64,000 bases of DNA from an uncultured Candidatus Poseidoniales archaeon (GTDB lineage Archaea > Thermoplasmatota > Poseidoniia > Poseidoniales > CAYMED01), in assembly GCA_964389655.1 (NCBI GenBank), contig CAYMED010000003.1, positions 1 through 64,000 on the forward strand. The letters run 5' to 3'. Shown piece after piece: positions 1 through 9,831 of this stretch. The notes beneath the pieces were generated by a model. The model worked only from the letters and a program-made list of their open reading frames with translations, had not been told where the DNA came from and searched no databases. The position numbers were made by a program, and so were the translations under genes. The stretch's first letter is position 1; the number at the start of each line of letters is the position of its first letter.

Positions 1-84
1 CTCTTCAAGGGCTTTGGCCGGTTCATCCTTCTCAAGCATTCGGGCAATTCGATCGAGGCGCTTTTCGACACTGCCAGCATCCAT
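1..84 (-). CDS. 5' end of a gene running off the window (hypothetical, helical/TPR-like start)
   Basis: ATG at 84 on the minus strand, open to base 1: MDAGSVEKRLDRIARMLEKDEPAKALEE; divergent from korA. Confidence 0.55.
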   Translation of the reverse strand, partial: MDAGSVEKRLDRIARMLEKDEPAKALEE

Positions 85-195
85 TGGAAGAGGCCACCGC
101 CAAGGCGTGGAAGAAGGTGTCGGGACCAAAAGACTCACCAATTGAGCCAAAGCATCAAATCCTTGATGGATGGGCAGGGATATTCAGGGACCAGC

Positions 196-2001
196 ATGGA
201 GCCAGTGATCAATGATCTTCAAATCCGAATTGCTACAGCGAATGGGACCGGCTCGCAATCAGCAAACCTTATTCTTTTGCAAACTCTTTTCGACATGGGA
301 GTATGTGTAAGTGGCAAGAATCTATTCCCCTCAAATATATCTGGATTACCTACTTGGTATCTAATCCGCGTCTCAGACCAAAATTATCAAGCGCCTGCAG
401 ATACAACTCAAATCGTAATCATGCTGAATCCAGCAACATGGCAAAGGGACCTTGAGGAAGTTGAACCGGGAACGATCGTGCTTACCAATTCAGATGTTAA
501 AATGGAGGTTGATCGTGATGACATCATCCACTACGAGATACCAATGACCTCAATTGCGAGAAAAATTCACCCAAAATTAGCACGCATGTTAGCCAACGTC
601 GTTTATGTTGGAGCATTATCCCATCTTCTTGGCCTCGATGAAGAAATCATCGGACAAGCAATTCAAGGACAGTTTAAGGGAAAAGAATCTGCAATCGAAT
701 TGAATAAAGACGCAATAAGAGAAGGAAAAGCATATGCAGCAGAGCACTTCGACAAAAAATTGAACCCTTATAGAATCGAAGTACGGGACCTCGATGACGA
801 TGAATTCATGTTTGAAGGAAATGAAGCCGTTGCTCTTGGCGCATTATTTGGAGGAGCAACATTACTGTCATGGTATCCAATCACTCCATCCTCATCGGTA
901 GCCGAATCAATGATATCTTGGATTCCAAAAATACGTACAAACGAAAATGGAGAGCATACATGTGCCGTCATACAGGCCGAGGATGAATTGGCAGCAATTG
1001 GCATGGTAATTGGTGCTGGATGGGCTGGTGCTAGGGCCATGACATGCACCAGTGGAGCAGGTGTCTCATTAATGTCTGAATTCATTGGATTAGCATATTT
1101 CTGTGAAGTTCCTTCCGTAATATGGAATGTTGCGCGTGTGGGACCATCAACAGGCCTACCAACACGAACTCAGCAAGCTGATTTATCCCTTGTCTATGAA
1201 GCAAGTCATGGCGATACACAACATATTGTCTTAATTCCTGGAACAATCGAAGAATGCTTCGAATTCGCGTGGAAAGCATTTGATTATGCTGAGCGCTACC
1301 AAACACTTGTTTTTGGCTTATCAGATTTGGACTTAGGCATGAACAAGTGGTCTGCAAAGGACCTCCCTTATCCAGATACGCCACTCGACAGAGGGAAAGT
1401 AGTCCGTAGCGAAGATGCATTATCCGCAATACCAAATTATGGCCGATACCGCGATGTTGATGGTGATGGTATCCCATATCGTACACTCCCTGGATCTGGA
1501 CTTGAGCCATATTTGGCACGAGGCACCGGGCGTGATGAAGATGGGGTCTATTCAGAAGAACCACAGGTCTATCGAGCAAATATGGAACGACTTCGTCGTA
1601 AGATTGATGGAGCGCGCACCCAGCTTCCGCCACCTATACTAAGAGAAGAAGAAGAATTGGAATATGGGATCATCCATTTCGGCTCGATGGAGAGTACAAT
1701 TCAAGAAATCGATGACATCATTGAATCCACCGGATGCAAAGTATCGCAATGTCGAGTCCGAGCACTCCCACTGCACCCTGAAGTGGAAGATTTTGTACGC
1801 CGACATGAACGAGTAATTGTTCTTGAATTGAACCGAGATGGGCAGCTATATGGTATTTTGAGAAAAGAACTCCCCATTGAATTAGTACCGCGTGTTCATT
1901 CAGTAGCATATTCTGATGGATTCCCACCCCGAGCTCATTTGTATGCAGAAGAAATCATCAAGGAATTTGAAAGGTGGGAGAACATGGAGGTGGATACATG
2001 A
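196..2001 (+). CDS. korA: 2-oxoacid:ferredoxin oxidoreductase alpha subunit (gamma-alpha fused)
   Basis: ATANGTGSQSAN N-terminal domain, YPITPSS, QAEDELAA, GPSTGLPT motifs; ATG at 196 preferred over TTG at 142. Confidence 0.93.
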   Translation: MEPVINDLQIRIATANGTGSQSANLILLQTLFDMGVCVSGKNLFPSNISGLPTWYLIRVSDQNYQAPADTTQIVIMLNPATWQRDLEEVEPGTIVLTNSDVKMEVDRDDIIHYEIPMTSIARKIHPKLARMLANVVYVGALSHLLGLDEEIIGQAIQGQFKGKESAIELNKDAIREGKAYAAEHFDKKLNPYRIEVRDLDDDEFMFEGNEAVALGALFGGATLLSWYPITPSSSVAESMISWIPKIRTNENGEHTCAVIQAEDELAAIGMVIGAGWAGARAMTCTSGAGVSLMSEFIGLAYFCEVPSVIWNVARVGPSTGLPTRTQQADLSLVYEASHGDTQHIVLIPGTIEECFEFAWKAFDYAERYQTLVFGLSDLDLGMNKWSAKDLPYPDTPLDRGKVVRSEDALSAIPNYGRYRDVDGDGIPYRTLPGSGLEPYLARGTGRDEDGVYSEEPQVYRANMERLRRKIDGARTQLPPPILREEEELEYGIIHFGSMESTIQEIDDIIESTGCKVSQCRVRALPLHPEVEDFVRRHERVIVLELNRDGQLYGILRKELPIELVPRVHSVAYSDGFPPRAHLYAEEIIKEFERWENMEVDT

Positions 2002-3041
2002 GTGAAAAGAAAATTATCAAACTCAATCTAATTGATTTGCCAAAGGTCGATTATCAGGGAGGTACATCGACACTATGCCCTGGGTGCGGACACAACCAAA
2101 TCACCTCATGCATTGTAGATGCATGTTGGGAAAATGGCATCAATCCCGCTTCAATTGCCAAAATGTCTGGAATTGGATGCTCTTCAAAAACGCCCGCATA
2201 TTTTCTTGGTAAAAGCCATGGATTCAACACAGTCCATGGGCGTATGCCAAGTGTTACGACGGGGGCATCCGTAGTCAATTCTGAATTAATTACACTAGGT
2301 GTATCAGGTGATGGAGATAGTGCCTCGATTGGAATTGGTCAATTCATTCATGCAATCAGGAGAAATGTCGACATGGTATATATTGTCGAAAATAATGGAG
2401 TATACGGATTAACCAAGGGACAATATTCCGCCACCGCTGAAAAAGGGTCAAAAAAGAAAAAAGGGGGTCCAAATGAGCACCAGCCAATCGATCTTTGCGC
2501 AATGGCAATTCACTTAGGAGGAACATTTGTTGCACGTGCCTTCTCAGGTGCAAAGAAGAGTTTAACCAGCCTTCTTCAAGCCGCACTATCCCACAGAGGA
2601 TTTGCACTTGTCGATGTCATCAGCCCTTGTGTAACATTTGCCAACAATGATGAATCAATGCACTCATACTCATACGTTAAAGCACATGAAGCAGAATTGC
2701 ACACAATCGGCTATATTCCTCCCGCTCCTGCTCCAGAATCAATTGAGATCCCACCCGGCGAGTATCGAGATATACAATTGCATGATGGGTCTTCGATTCG
2801 CTTGGAAAAGGTCGATGAGGACCACGACCCTAGTGATAAGGGAAATGCACTTCGCCTCCTACACGAGGCAGGAGAAGCAGGAAATCATGTAACTGGCCTA
2901 CTGCACTTGGACACCACAAAACGGACATTAGTAGACCAGCTTGGGATTTCTTCGGAGAAGGCGCTCATTGATTTGACGCCTGAAGAGATGCGCCCTGGAC
3001 CCGACGTATTACAACGCATTTTGGCGGACTTGAGACGGTAA
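1998..3041 (+). CDS. korB: 2-oxoacid:ferredoxin oxidoreductase beta subunit
   Basis: LCPGCGH, SGIGCSSK, GDGD...NNGVYGLTKGQ TPP motif, SPCVTF; GGAGGTGG RBS and ATGA overlap with the korA stop. Confidence 0.93.
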   Translation: MSEKKIIKLNLIDLPKVDYQGGTSTLCPGCGHNQITSCIVDACWENGINPASIAKMSGIGCSSKTPAYFLGKSHGFNTVHGRMPSVTTGASVVNSELITLGVSGDGDSASIGIGQFIHAIRRNVDMVYIVENNGVYGLTKGQYSATAEKGSKKKKGGPNEHQPIDLCAMAIHLGGTFVARAFSGAKKSLTSLLQAALSHRGFALVDVISPCVTFANNDESMHSYSYVKAHEAELHTIGYIPPAPAPESIEIPPGEYRDIQLHDGSSIRLEKVDEDHDPSDKGNALRLLHEAGEAGNHVTGLLHLDTTKRTLVDQLGISSEKALIDLTPEEMRPGPDVLQRILADLRR

Positions 3042-3060
3042 AAGTGACTTTTGAAGGGAG

Positions 3061-3133
3061 TAGCCCCTCTCGGATTTGAACCGAGGTCATGGGATCCAGA
3101 GTCCCATATGATGGACCGCTACACTAAGGGGCT
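3061..3133 (-). tRNA. tRNA-Gln (CTG)
   Basis: Reverse complement AGCCCCTTAGTGTAGCGGTCCATCATATGGGACTCTGGATCCCATGACCTCGGTTCAAATCCGAGAGGGGCTA; anticodon stem TGGGA/TCCCA with loop CT-CTG-GA; A1-U72 pair typical of archaeal tRNA-Gln. Confidence 0.95.
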
Positions 3134-3177
3134 GCGGATCTGCCCATACCTAAACGATATTTCAATTCAATCACAAT

Positions 3178-3336
3178 TCAAACACGAATCGCCAAGGAGC
3201 GCACTAAAGCGCTAATCAACATGAAAGCAGTTAGCCAAGAGGCACCAATCCGCAGGCGACGCTGCCGATGGCGCTTTTTTTCCGCAACACGTTCCATCTC
3301 ATCCCTTAAGGGCTTGAGGGGGTCATGCCGACTCAC
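3178..3336 (-). CDS. small (52 aa) basic protein with C-terminal hydrophobic helix, not in ORF track
   Basis: GTG...TGA: MSRHDPLKPLRDEMERVAEKKRHRQRRLRIGASWLTAFMLISALVRSLAIRV; fills the gap between tRNA-Gln and the next gene. Confidence 0.55.
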   Translation of the reverse strand: MSRHDPLKPLRDEMERVAEKKRHRQRRLRIGASWLTAFMLISALVRSLAIRV

Positions 3337-3389
3337 AAACCAAGGCTAGCATCGACCGACTCTTGAACGCGGCGCTAGTGGGTAGTATA

Positions 3390-4871
3390 ATGTCAGAGCC
3401 ACTGGAGGGGTTAATCAGCCCTGAAACAAGAGTCAGAGATTCAGCTGCAGTCCTAGTGACTCGTGACTCAGAAATGGGGCTTGAAATTCTCCTTTGCCAA
3501 CGGCAATCCACCATGACATTCTTTCCAACATTTTGGGCATTTCCAGGCGGAGGGGTGAGAAAAGAAGACCGATTATTTGCAGATCAGATTGATCCATTAG
3601 ATGAATGGGGGGCAGCTAGAGTATGTGCTGCGAGAGAATTGTTGGAAGAAACTGGCTGGAGCCCGCACAATTCTGGCCTAAGCCTGAGTCCACCTGAAGA
3701 GCGAAAGGAGATTGAAAAGAGACCAAGCCTTTGGGTAGACTTGATTAGAAGCGAACACATACCCCTTAAATTAGCACGTTTCAGGAACTTTGCTGAACGA
3801 ACAACTCCCCCAATATCTCCAATCCGGTTTGCAAACAAGTGGTTTCACCTTCATTTGGACCACAATACAGACCCCTCACTTCTTGCTGAAGGTGAGTTTT
3901 CAGCATTTAAGTGGGCATTACCATCTGAATGGATTACTGGCTGGAAGAGACACGAATTTCGAATCCCCCCCCCTGTAATTGTGATTCTTCAATCATTCAG
4001 CCATTCCTCCAAATTGATTCCCTCTATTCCGAACGCTGGTGAATCAAGCCCCATTTTATTTGCACATGGAGTCGAGGTGATTCCTGTACGAACTGCAACC
4101 CTACCTCCAGCCACACATACCAATGCGTACCTAGTTTCAAGTCCACAAGGTCAAGCGATCCTAATCGATCCGGCCGCACGTGATGAAGATGGAATTTCAT
4201 CGATAGAAGAAGCGGTACGCAAGCATGAAGCCACCGGAGGAGAGATCATTGCCCACCTATTCACGCATGGACACAGTGACCATATTGGAAATATATCTAG
4301 ATTACAGGAAATTATACCTGCCCCCATTTGGGGGACACGGGAAACTGCAGATTTTGCAAAGATCAGCATTGACAAGTACCTAGAAGATGCAGAAATCATC
4401 ATTCTCAAGGGTGAAGAAAAAATCCAGTGGAAAGTTCTAGTCACTCCTGGCCATTGCCCAGGGCATATCTGCCTAATCGGAAATGCGGGGCTAATACTCG
4501 GGGACATGCTAGCAGGTGCGGGAACAATACTGATCCCAGAGCATGGAGGGATCATGGAAGTTTATCTAGCTCAACTTCAGCGATTGGCTGATCTAGACCC
4601 ACATTTGGGATTTCCAGCACATGGGCCAGTGATTGGAGAGCTAAAACAAAAAATTGAGGGCACAATCGCACATCGATTAAAGCGAGAAAAAATGATACTT
4701 GATTCAATTCCAAAAGAGGGGGCCACGTTAATCGAAATTGCTGTGAACGCCTATTCAGACACGCCCAGCGCACCACCAGCATTAGCATGCGCACAAACAA
4801 AAAGCCACCTCTCTTCGCTCCTCAGAAGTGAGTTTGTCCAGACCCGTTTTGAGAAATGGTACAGGAAGTGA
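3390..4871 (+). CDS. NUDIX hydrolase / metallo-beta-lactamase-fold (LACTB2-like) fusion protein
   Basis: FPGG...AARELLEETG Nudix box; TLPPATHTNAYL, THGHSDH, TPGHCPGH, GD, PAHG MBL motifs. Confidence 0.85.
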   Translation: MSEPLEGLISPETRVRDSAAVLVTRDSEMGLEILLCQRQSTMTFFPTFWAFPGGGVRKEDRLFADQIDPLDEWGAARVCAARELLEETGWSPHNSGLSLSPPEERKEIEKRPSLWVDLIRSEHIPLKLARFRNFAERTTPPISPIRFANKWFHLHLDHNTDPSLLAEGEFSAFKWALPSEWITGWKRHEFRIPPPVIVILQSFSHSSKLIPSIPNAGESSPILFAHGVEVIPVRTATLPPATHTNAYLVSSPQGQAILIDPAARDEDGISSIEEAVRKHEATGGEIIAHLFTHGHSDHIGNISRLQEIIPAPIWGTRETADFAKISIDKYLEDAEIIILKGEEKIQWKVLVTPGHCPGHICLIGNAGLILGDMLAGAGTILIPEHGGIMEVYLAQLQRLADLDPHLGFPAHGPVIGELKQKIEGTIAHRLKREKMILDSIPKEGATLIEIAVNAYSDTPSAPPALACAQTKSHLSSLLRSEFVQTRFEKWYRK

Positions 4872-4875
4872 GATT

Positions 4876-6924
4876 ATGCGTACATCCATGACATCACTCG
4901 ATTTACGACGAATATCACATGAATTACAAACACTTGTCAGCGCACGCTTTAGGAAGGCATACCAATCATCCAAAGAGGATTTGATACTCAGATTTCACCT
5001 GAAGGGTAAAGGAAGCATAGATCTAGTTGTGCGCCTAGGTGGTTGGATACACAAGTCAACTCGGGTGGGTAAAATGCCATCCCAACCATCTCCATTCGCA
5101 ATGTATCTGAGGAAAAACCTCTCAAATGCAAGACTTATTTCGATCCGCCAACATGGATTTGATAGGATTTTGATACTTGAATTTGAGTCTGGGCGCGGGA
5201 AAAATGAACTAATCATTGAGGCATTCGGAGATGGAAATGTCATATTAGTCGATCAAGAAGGAATCATTCTACGGCCACTTACGCATGCAAAATACACCAA
5301 AAGGCTGCTTAAGGGTGGCGCCACCTATGACCTCCCCCCCGAACGTGGAGCCATTGAAGGATTGAGTGCAAAGGCATTTCGAGACGCACTCGCCGAAGCC
5401 ACAGGCCCTATTGTTCGGACATTCGCATCCGTCATTGGAGTTGGCGGGCCTATCTCGAGGATGGTCCTAAATCGTTGTGGGATCAACCACAATCATGCCA
5501 CTGAAGAATTGAGCCTTGAACTCTCGAAACGCATCACAGATACTTTGACAGAACTTCTTGACGCCGCCACCTCCAGTGCGCCCGTGTGGATCACATCATC
5601 GAATGACTCTAAAATATCGACCACAGAACCCCATTCTATATCTATGGAATGCACAATACATTTAGTCAAACCGGATTCACAGGAGAATGAATTAGAGATA
5701 GAATACCTATCTGACGCCGTTGATGCAGCCTTACCACCAATTGGGTATGAAAGCCAAGATCATTCAGTAGTAGGCAATAGGAACTCAGACCCTTGGGAGC
5801 GCAGGAGAATACAGCAAAAAAATGCAATAGAAGCATTCGAAAAGAAAATCGAGCAGAAGATGAAAGAGGCACGGACCCTCAAAGAAAAAACAGAATGGGT
5901 TGAAACTCTGAGGATGGAGATCCTCACAGCTGCAAATGAAGATGGATGGGAGTCTGTGTCCACTAACATAGATTCAATTCCTTGGATTGAAGCGATCGAC
6001 CCTGCAAAAAAACATGCGAAAATACGGTTGCCGGATGAAAACAATCGGCCATCGGGAGCACCCATAAACCTCAACCTTCAAATTTCTGCTTGGGCATCCT
6101 CGGACCAACTCTTCAAGGTCGTAAAACGCTTGCGAAAGAAGAGAGATGGGGCTGAGTCTGCCCTGAAACTGACTGAAAGCAAGAAGCGACGGAAAGATGC
6201 CGTGAGGATGAACCACTCACCAAGGCGTTCTGTGAGAAAAAACAGATTATGGTTTGAACGCCACCGGTGGGCCGCCATCGGGAATGGAAGAATCTTTTTG
6301 GGAGGACGAAATGCAAAAGGGAATGATGCAATCGTCAAAAAACACCTCAAAGCAGGAGATTTATACTTTCATGCAGATGTCCATGGAGCACCATCTTGCA
6401 GTCTACTTCGATCATTGCACATCCGTGCAAAGGGACAAGATGAACTAGGGATCACTGAATTTGATATTTTTGAAGAAGCTTCAGAAATCAGAAATGATGA
6501 ATTAACTGAAGCTGCCATCTTTGCAACATCATGGTCGCGTGCTTGGGGAGTGGGACGAACACAAGCATTTCACGCAGAACCGGGACAAGTTTCCAAACGT
6601 ACTGAAACTGGAGAGGCACTTGGAAGAGGGGCTTTTGTAATTCGGGGACAGCGCACTTGGTATAGGAATCCTAGTTCATACATTGCACTAGGATTAGCAC
6701 GTATCGGCCGAGACCTCATATTAATTCCTGGTTCTGAGAAATTTGTACGACTGCATTGCAAAAGGTGGGGGAAAGTCACTGTAGGTACGGAAAAGGCGTC
6801 AGATGTTGCAAACCGAATTAGTAGAGGTACTGGCATCCCAGTTGAAGAAATTCTAGGACATCTCCCCGCATCAAAACTCAATCTTGAGGATTTTGGGCTG
6901 ATGAGATATGAGGAAGAAGAGTAA
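4876..6924 (+). CDS. rqcH: ribosome quality control protein RqcH / NFACT (NEMF, Rqc2) family
   Basis: PSPFAMYLRKNL, QHGFDRI, GDGNVIL; C-terminal WFERHRW, GGRNAKGND, FHADVHGAP, QVSK..ETGE.LGRGAFVIRG. Confidence 0.9.
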   Translation: MRTSMTSLDLRRISHELQTLVSARFRKAYQSSKEDLILRFHLKGKGSIDLVVRLGGWIHKSTRVGKMPSQPSPFAMYLRKNLSNARLISIRQHGFDRILILEFESGRGKNELIIEAFGDGNVILVDQEGIILRPLTHAKYTKRLLKGGATYDLPPERGAIEGLSAKAFRDALAEATGPIVRTFASVIGVGGPISRMVLNRCGINHNHATEELSLELSKRITDTLTELLDAATSSAPVWITSSNDSKISTTEPHSISMECTIHLVKPDSQENELEIEYLSDAVDAALPPIGYESQDHSVVGNRNSDPWERRRIQQKNAIEAFEKKIEQKMKEARTLKEKTEWVETLRMEILTAANEDGWESVSTNIDSIPWIEAIDPAKKHAKIRLPDENNRPSGAPINLNLQISAWASSDQLFKVVKRLRKKRDGAESALKLTESKKRRKDAVRMNHSPRRSVRKNRLWFERHRWAAIGNGRIFLGGRNAKGNDAIVKKHLKAGDLYFHADVHGAPSCSLLRSLHIRAKGQDELGITEFDIFEEASEIRNDELTEAAIFATSWSRAWGVGRTQAFHAEPGQVSKRTETGEALGRGAFVIRGQRTWYRNPSSYIALGLARIGRDLILIPGSEKFVRLHCKRWGKVTVGTEKASDVANRISRGTGIPVEEILGHLPASKLNLEDFGLMRYEEEE

Positions 6925-6926
6925 TC

Positions 6927-8114
6927 CTAGCACTGTTCAACAAGCATTGCAACTGCATTCCCACCACCAAGGCAGAGGGTGACTAACCCCTTCAATGCAC
7001 CTTGTTGCCGCATTGCGCCGATTAGTGTGGTTAAACACCTAGTCCCACTAGCACCTAGGGGATGACCAAGACTTATGGCACCGCCATGCACATTGAAGCG
7101 GTCCATCGGGATCCCAATTTCTTTGACAATTGCACAACTTGCGGTTGCAAAGGCCTCATTGTGCTCATATAGATCTACATCAAGGACGGAGAGGCCTTGA
7201 TTGTCCAAGAGGCTATGAATCGCAGGAACAGGTGCATACATGACACGGGCTGGTTCAACACCTGATGTTGTATAATCAACAATTCGGACTAGACTCTTGA
7301 GATTGTGTTTTGATGCAAATTCCGAAGAGCAAACCATTACTGCTGATGCACCGTCATTGAGGGTACTTGCATTGCCCGCGGTTACGACACCATCTAGATC
7401 AAAAGCAGGCCGCAGTCGAGATAAACCTTCAGCATTTGTGTCGCTTCGAATTCCTTCATCCGAGTCAACAAGAATCGGCTCCCTCTTGCTTATTGGGATA
7501 CTGACTGGAGTGATTTCCCAGTTAAAAAAACCTTGATCCCGGGCGCTTGTTGCTTTTTGCTGGCTACTAATGGCAAATGCATCTGCATCCTCCCTAGATA
7601 TGCCACATTCACGGGCAATAGTTTCACCAGTACATCCCATGTGTTCATCATTGTAAACATCCCACAAACCATCGTGAATCATTGAATCTAGCATCTTTGA
7701 ATGCCCAACTTTTGTCCCTGAACGACCATCTAAGAAAAGATGAGGTGCATTGGACATTGATTCCATCCCCCCTGCAATAATACAAGCATGCTCACCCGCC
7801 CGTATTGCAGAAGCGGCTATCATGACTGCTTTCAGGCTTGAACCACAGACTTTGTTGATTGTCGTTGAGGGGGTGGAGACTGGCAGACCAGCGCCAAGAG
7901 CAACCTGCCGCGCTGGGTTTTGGCCAGATCCTGCTTGCAATACCTGCCCCATTAACACCTCATCGATGATCCCTGACGAGGGATCTATTTCGGTGCGTTT
8001 CATCACTGATTGGACGGCAATAGTGCCGAGATCTACTGCAGAAAGCCCAGAAAATACGCCCATGAAGCGACCAATTGGGGTTCTTGTTGCTGCCACGATG
8101 ACAACATCTGTCAT
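6927..8114 (-). CDS. acetyl-CoA C-acetyltransferase (thiolase)
   Basis: RTPIG, NPARQ, TINKVCGS, NEAFA, GHPLGASG, CLGGG motifs. Confidence 0.95.
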   Translation of the reverse strand: MTDVVIVAATRTPIGRFMGVFSGLSAVDLGTIAVQSVMKRTEIDPSSGIIDEVLMGQVLQAGSGQNPARQVALGAGLPVSTPSTTINKVCGSSLKAVMIAASAIRAGEHACIIAGGMESMSNAPHLFLDGRSGTKVGHSKMLDSMIHDGLWDVYNDEHMGCTGETIARECGISREDADAFAISSQQKATSARDQGFFNWEITPVSIPISKREPILVDSDEGIRSDTNAEGLSRLRPAFDLDGVVTAGNASTLNDGASAVMVCSSEFASKHNLKSLVRIVDYTTSGVEPARVMYAPVPAIHSLLDNQGLSVLDVDLYEHNEAFATASCAIVKEIGIPMDRFNVHGGAISLGHPLGASGTRCLTTLIGAMRQQGALKGLVTLCLGGGNAVAMLVEQC

Positions 8115-8204
8115 GATCTGCCGATGAGGGGTGCTGTATTGAAACAGACGACTAAGAAAATTCACAGGACCAAGTTAATCATCAAACAAGAAATGCGCTT
8201 GCCG

Positions 8205-9653
8205 ATGAAGAAGGCCCTCATTGCTGTTATCATTGTAGGTATAATCTTAGTTACTGGATATTTTTCTGTAAAGGACCCAATGGCAATCTATGACACAACA
8301 GGCCGGACTGGATCAGGAGTGATTGGATTTGCAACTGATGGTTTTCCAATTCGCGGGCCATATCTCGCAGAAAATGGAACCGACAACTCCTCGGCCAATG
8401 CCACCGTTCCATCCGATTCGGCTCCTGTTCCGAAGGTGCTAATCATCGGCATCGACGGTGTCCGCTCGGATGTCGCGTTGGCGAGCGCCGAACGGAACGG
8501 CAGCGCCCTAGGCCAGATTGCATCTGAAGGCGCTTGGTCATACGAATCCACGGTCGGCCCGATTGCTCTGTCAGGACCATCCTGGTCGAGCATGCTGACC
8601 GGCGTTTGGTGCGATCGGCACGGAGTGACGGACAACTCGTTCGACGGCAGTTTGCATTCATCTGTCCCAGACATCTTCGAGTGGAGTGAGGCTCACAACC
8701 CCGGTCTCGACACCGCTTCTTACGTCTATTGGGCGAAGATAGAGGAGCAGATCCTAGGACCGGACGCAGCAGATCTGCACAACAACTCGGACGGTGACGC
8801 GGACCCCGATCAACGCGATGCTTGGGTGCATGAAAGAGGACTCGCTGCTCTGCAGAATCCCGACCTAGACCTACTGTTCATCCAATACGGACTCGTCGAT
8901 CGAACCGGCCACGACTATGGCTTCTCCCCCGATGTTCCAGGGTACATCTCGGCATTGGAGCGAACCGATGACCGGGCTGCCGAGATCCTCGCTGCCTTGG
9001 ATGCGCGGAACACCAGCGACGAGGATTGGCTCATTATCATCACCAGTGACCACGGTGGCGGGGGTGCCCGAATCAAGGCGCACAGCCCATCGACCTTGGT
9101 CGATCGCACAACCTTCCTGATGGTCGCCGGTGGCGCGACGGTCCCCGGAGAACTCGTAGGCTCCGTCGTCGTCGATGTCGCTGTGACCGCTCTCACCCAT
9201 CTCGAGGTTCCTCTCCCAAGCGGAGATGACGAACTGGACGGCCGCGCCCTTGCATTCGATCGCGACGCGCCAGTCGCGCGCACTCCGAACTGCGAGATGC
9301 CAACCACCTTCGCCTCGGTCTCGAACCTCACCTACGCTACCATCGGGCTCGGAGTGGTTTTAGCAGCGGCGATCTCAGTCCTAGCCACACTTCGCCTGAA
9401 ACGACGAGGAGTTGGGAGGGCCATCGAAACAATCGATCATGGATCCAATGAGATAGACTTGATCCCCATCGACGATTCACTGCCCAGAAGCGAGGAAATC
9501 CCATCCATCGAACCGATTCCTGAGTCCGCTTCCCTTCCAGATTCTAGAGACCTTGCCGCTACCTCCCCCTCTACCGCGAATGAAGGAGTTGATGAGCCCA
9601 CTGAAGATGCATCCAAGAATCCCTTCGACGATGTGGAATGGCATGGAAGTTGA
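8205..9653 (+). CDS. membrane-anchored alkaline-phosphatase-superfamily (phosphodiesterase/NPP-like) protein; chimeric N-terminus
   Basis: IGIDGVRSD, SGPSWSSMLTG, D..GH..G, TSDHGG metal-binding motifs; N-terminal signal/TM, second TM near C-terminus, acidic tail. Confidence 0.8.
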   Translation: MKKALIAVIIVGIILVTGYFSVKDPMAIYDTTGRTGSGVIGFATDGFPIRGPYLAENGTDNSSANATVPSDSAPVPKVLIIGIDGVRSDVALASAERNGSALGQIASEGAWSYESTVGPIALSGPSWSSMLTGVWCDRHGVTDNSFDGSLHSSVPDIFEWSEAHNPGLDTASYVYWAKIEEQILGPDAADLHNNSDGDADPDQRDAWVHERGLAALQNPDLDLLFIQYGLVDRTGHDYGFSPDVPGYISALERTDDRAAEILAALDARNTSDEDWLIIITSDHGGGGARIKAHSPSTLVDRTTFLMVAGGATVPGELVGSVVVDVAVTALTHLEVPLPSGDDELDGRALAFDRDAPVARTPNCEMPTTFASVSNLTYATIGLGVVLAAAISVLATLRLKRRGVGRAIETIDHGSNEIDLIPIDDSLPRSEEIPSIEPIPESASLPDSRDLAATSPSTANEGVDEPTEDASKNPFDDVEWHGS

Positions 9654-9831
9654 TGGAAACTACACCAACTTCGTAACTTTCAGTTTTCCTTGGGCCGTGG
9701 ATTGTTTTGTAGGATCACCCGATGGATCATTCCAAAAGGGAACTTAAGATGAAATATAGGCGGGTTATTTCGGTCATAGGGCCAATAACATTTGATAAGG
9801 GGGGGCACAGCGTAGGCATGAAGGTGCAAAT

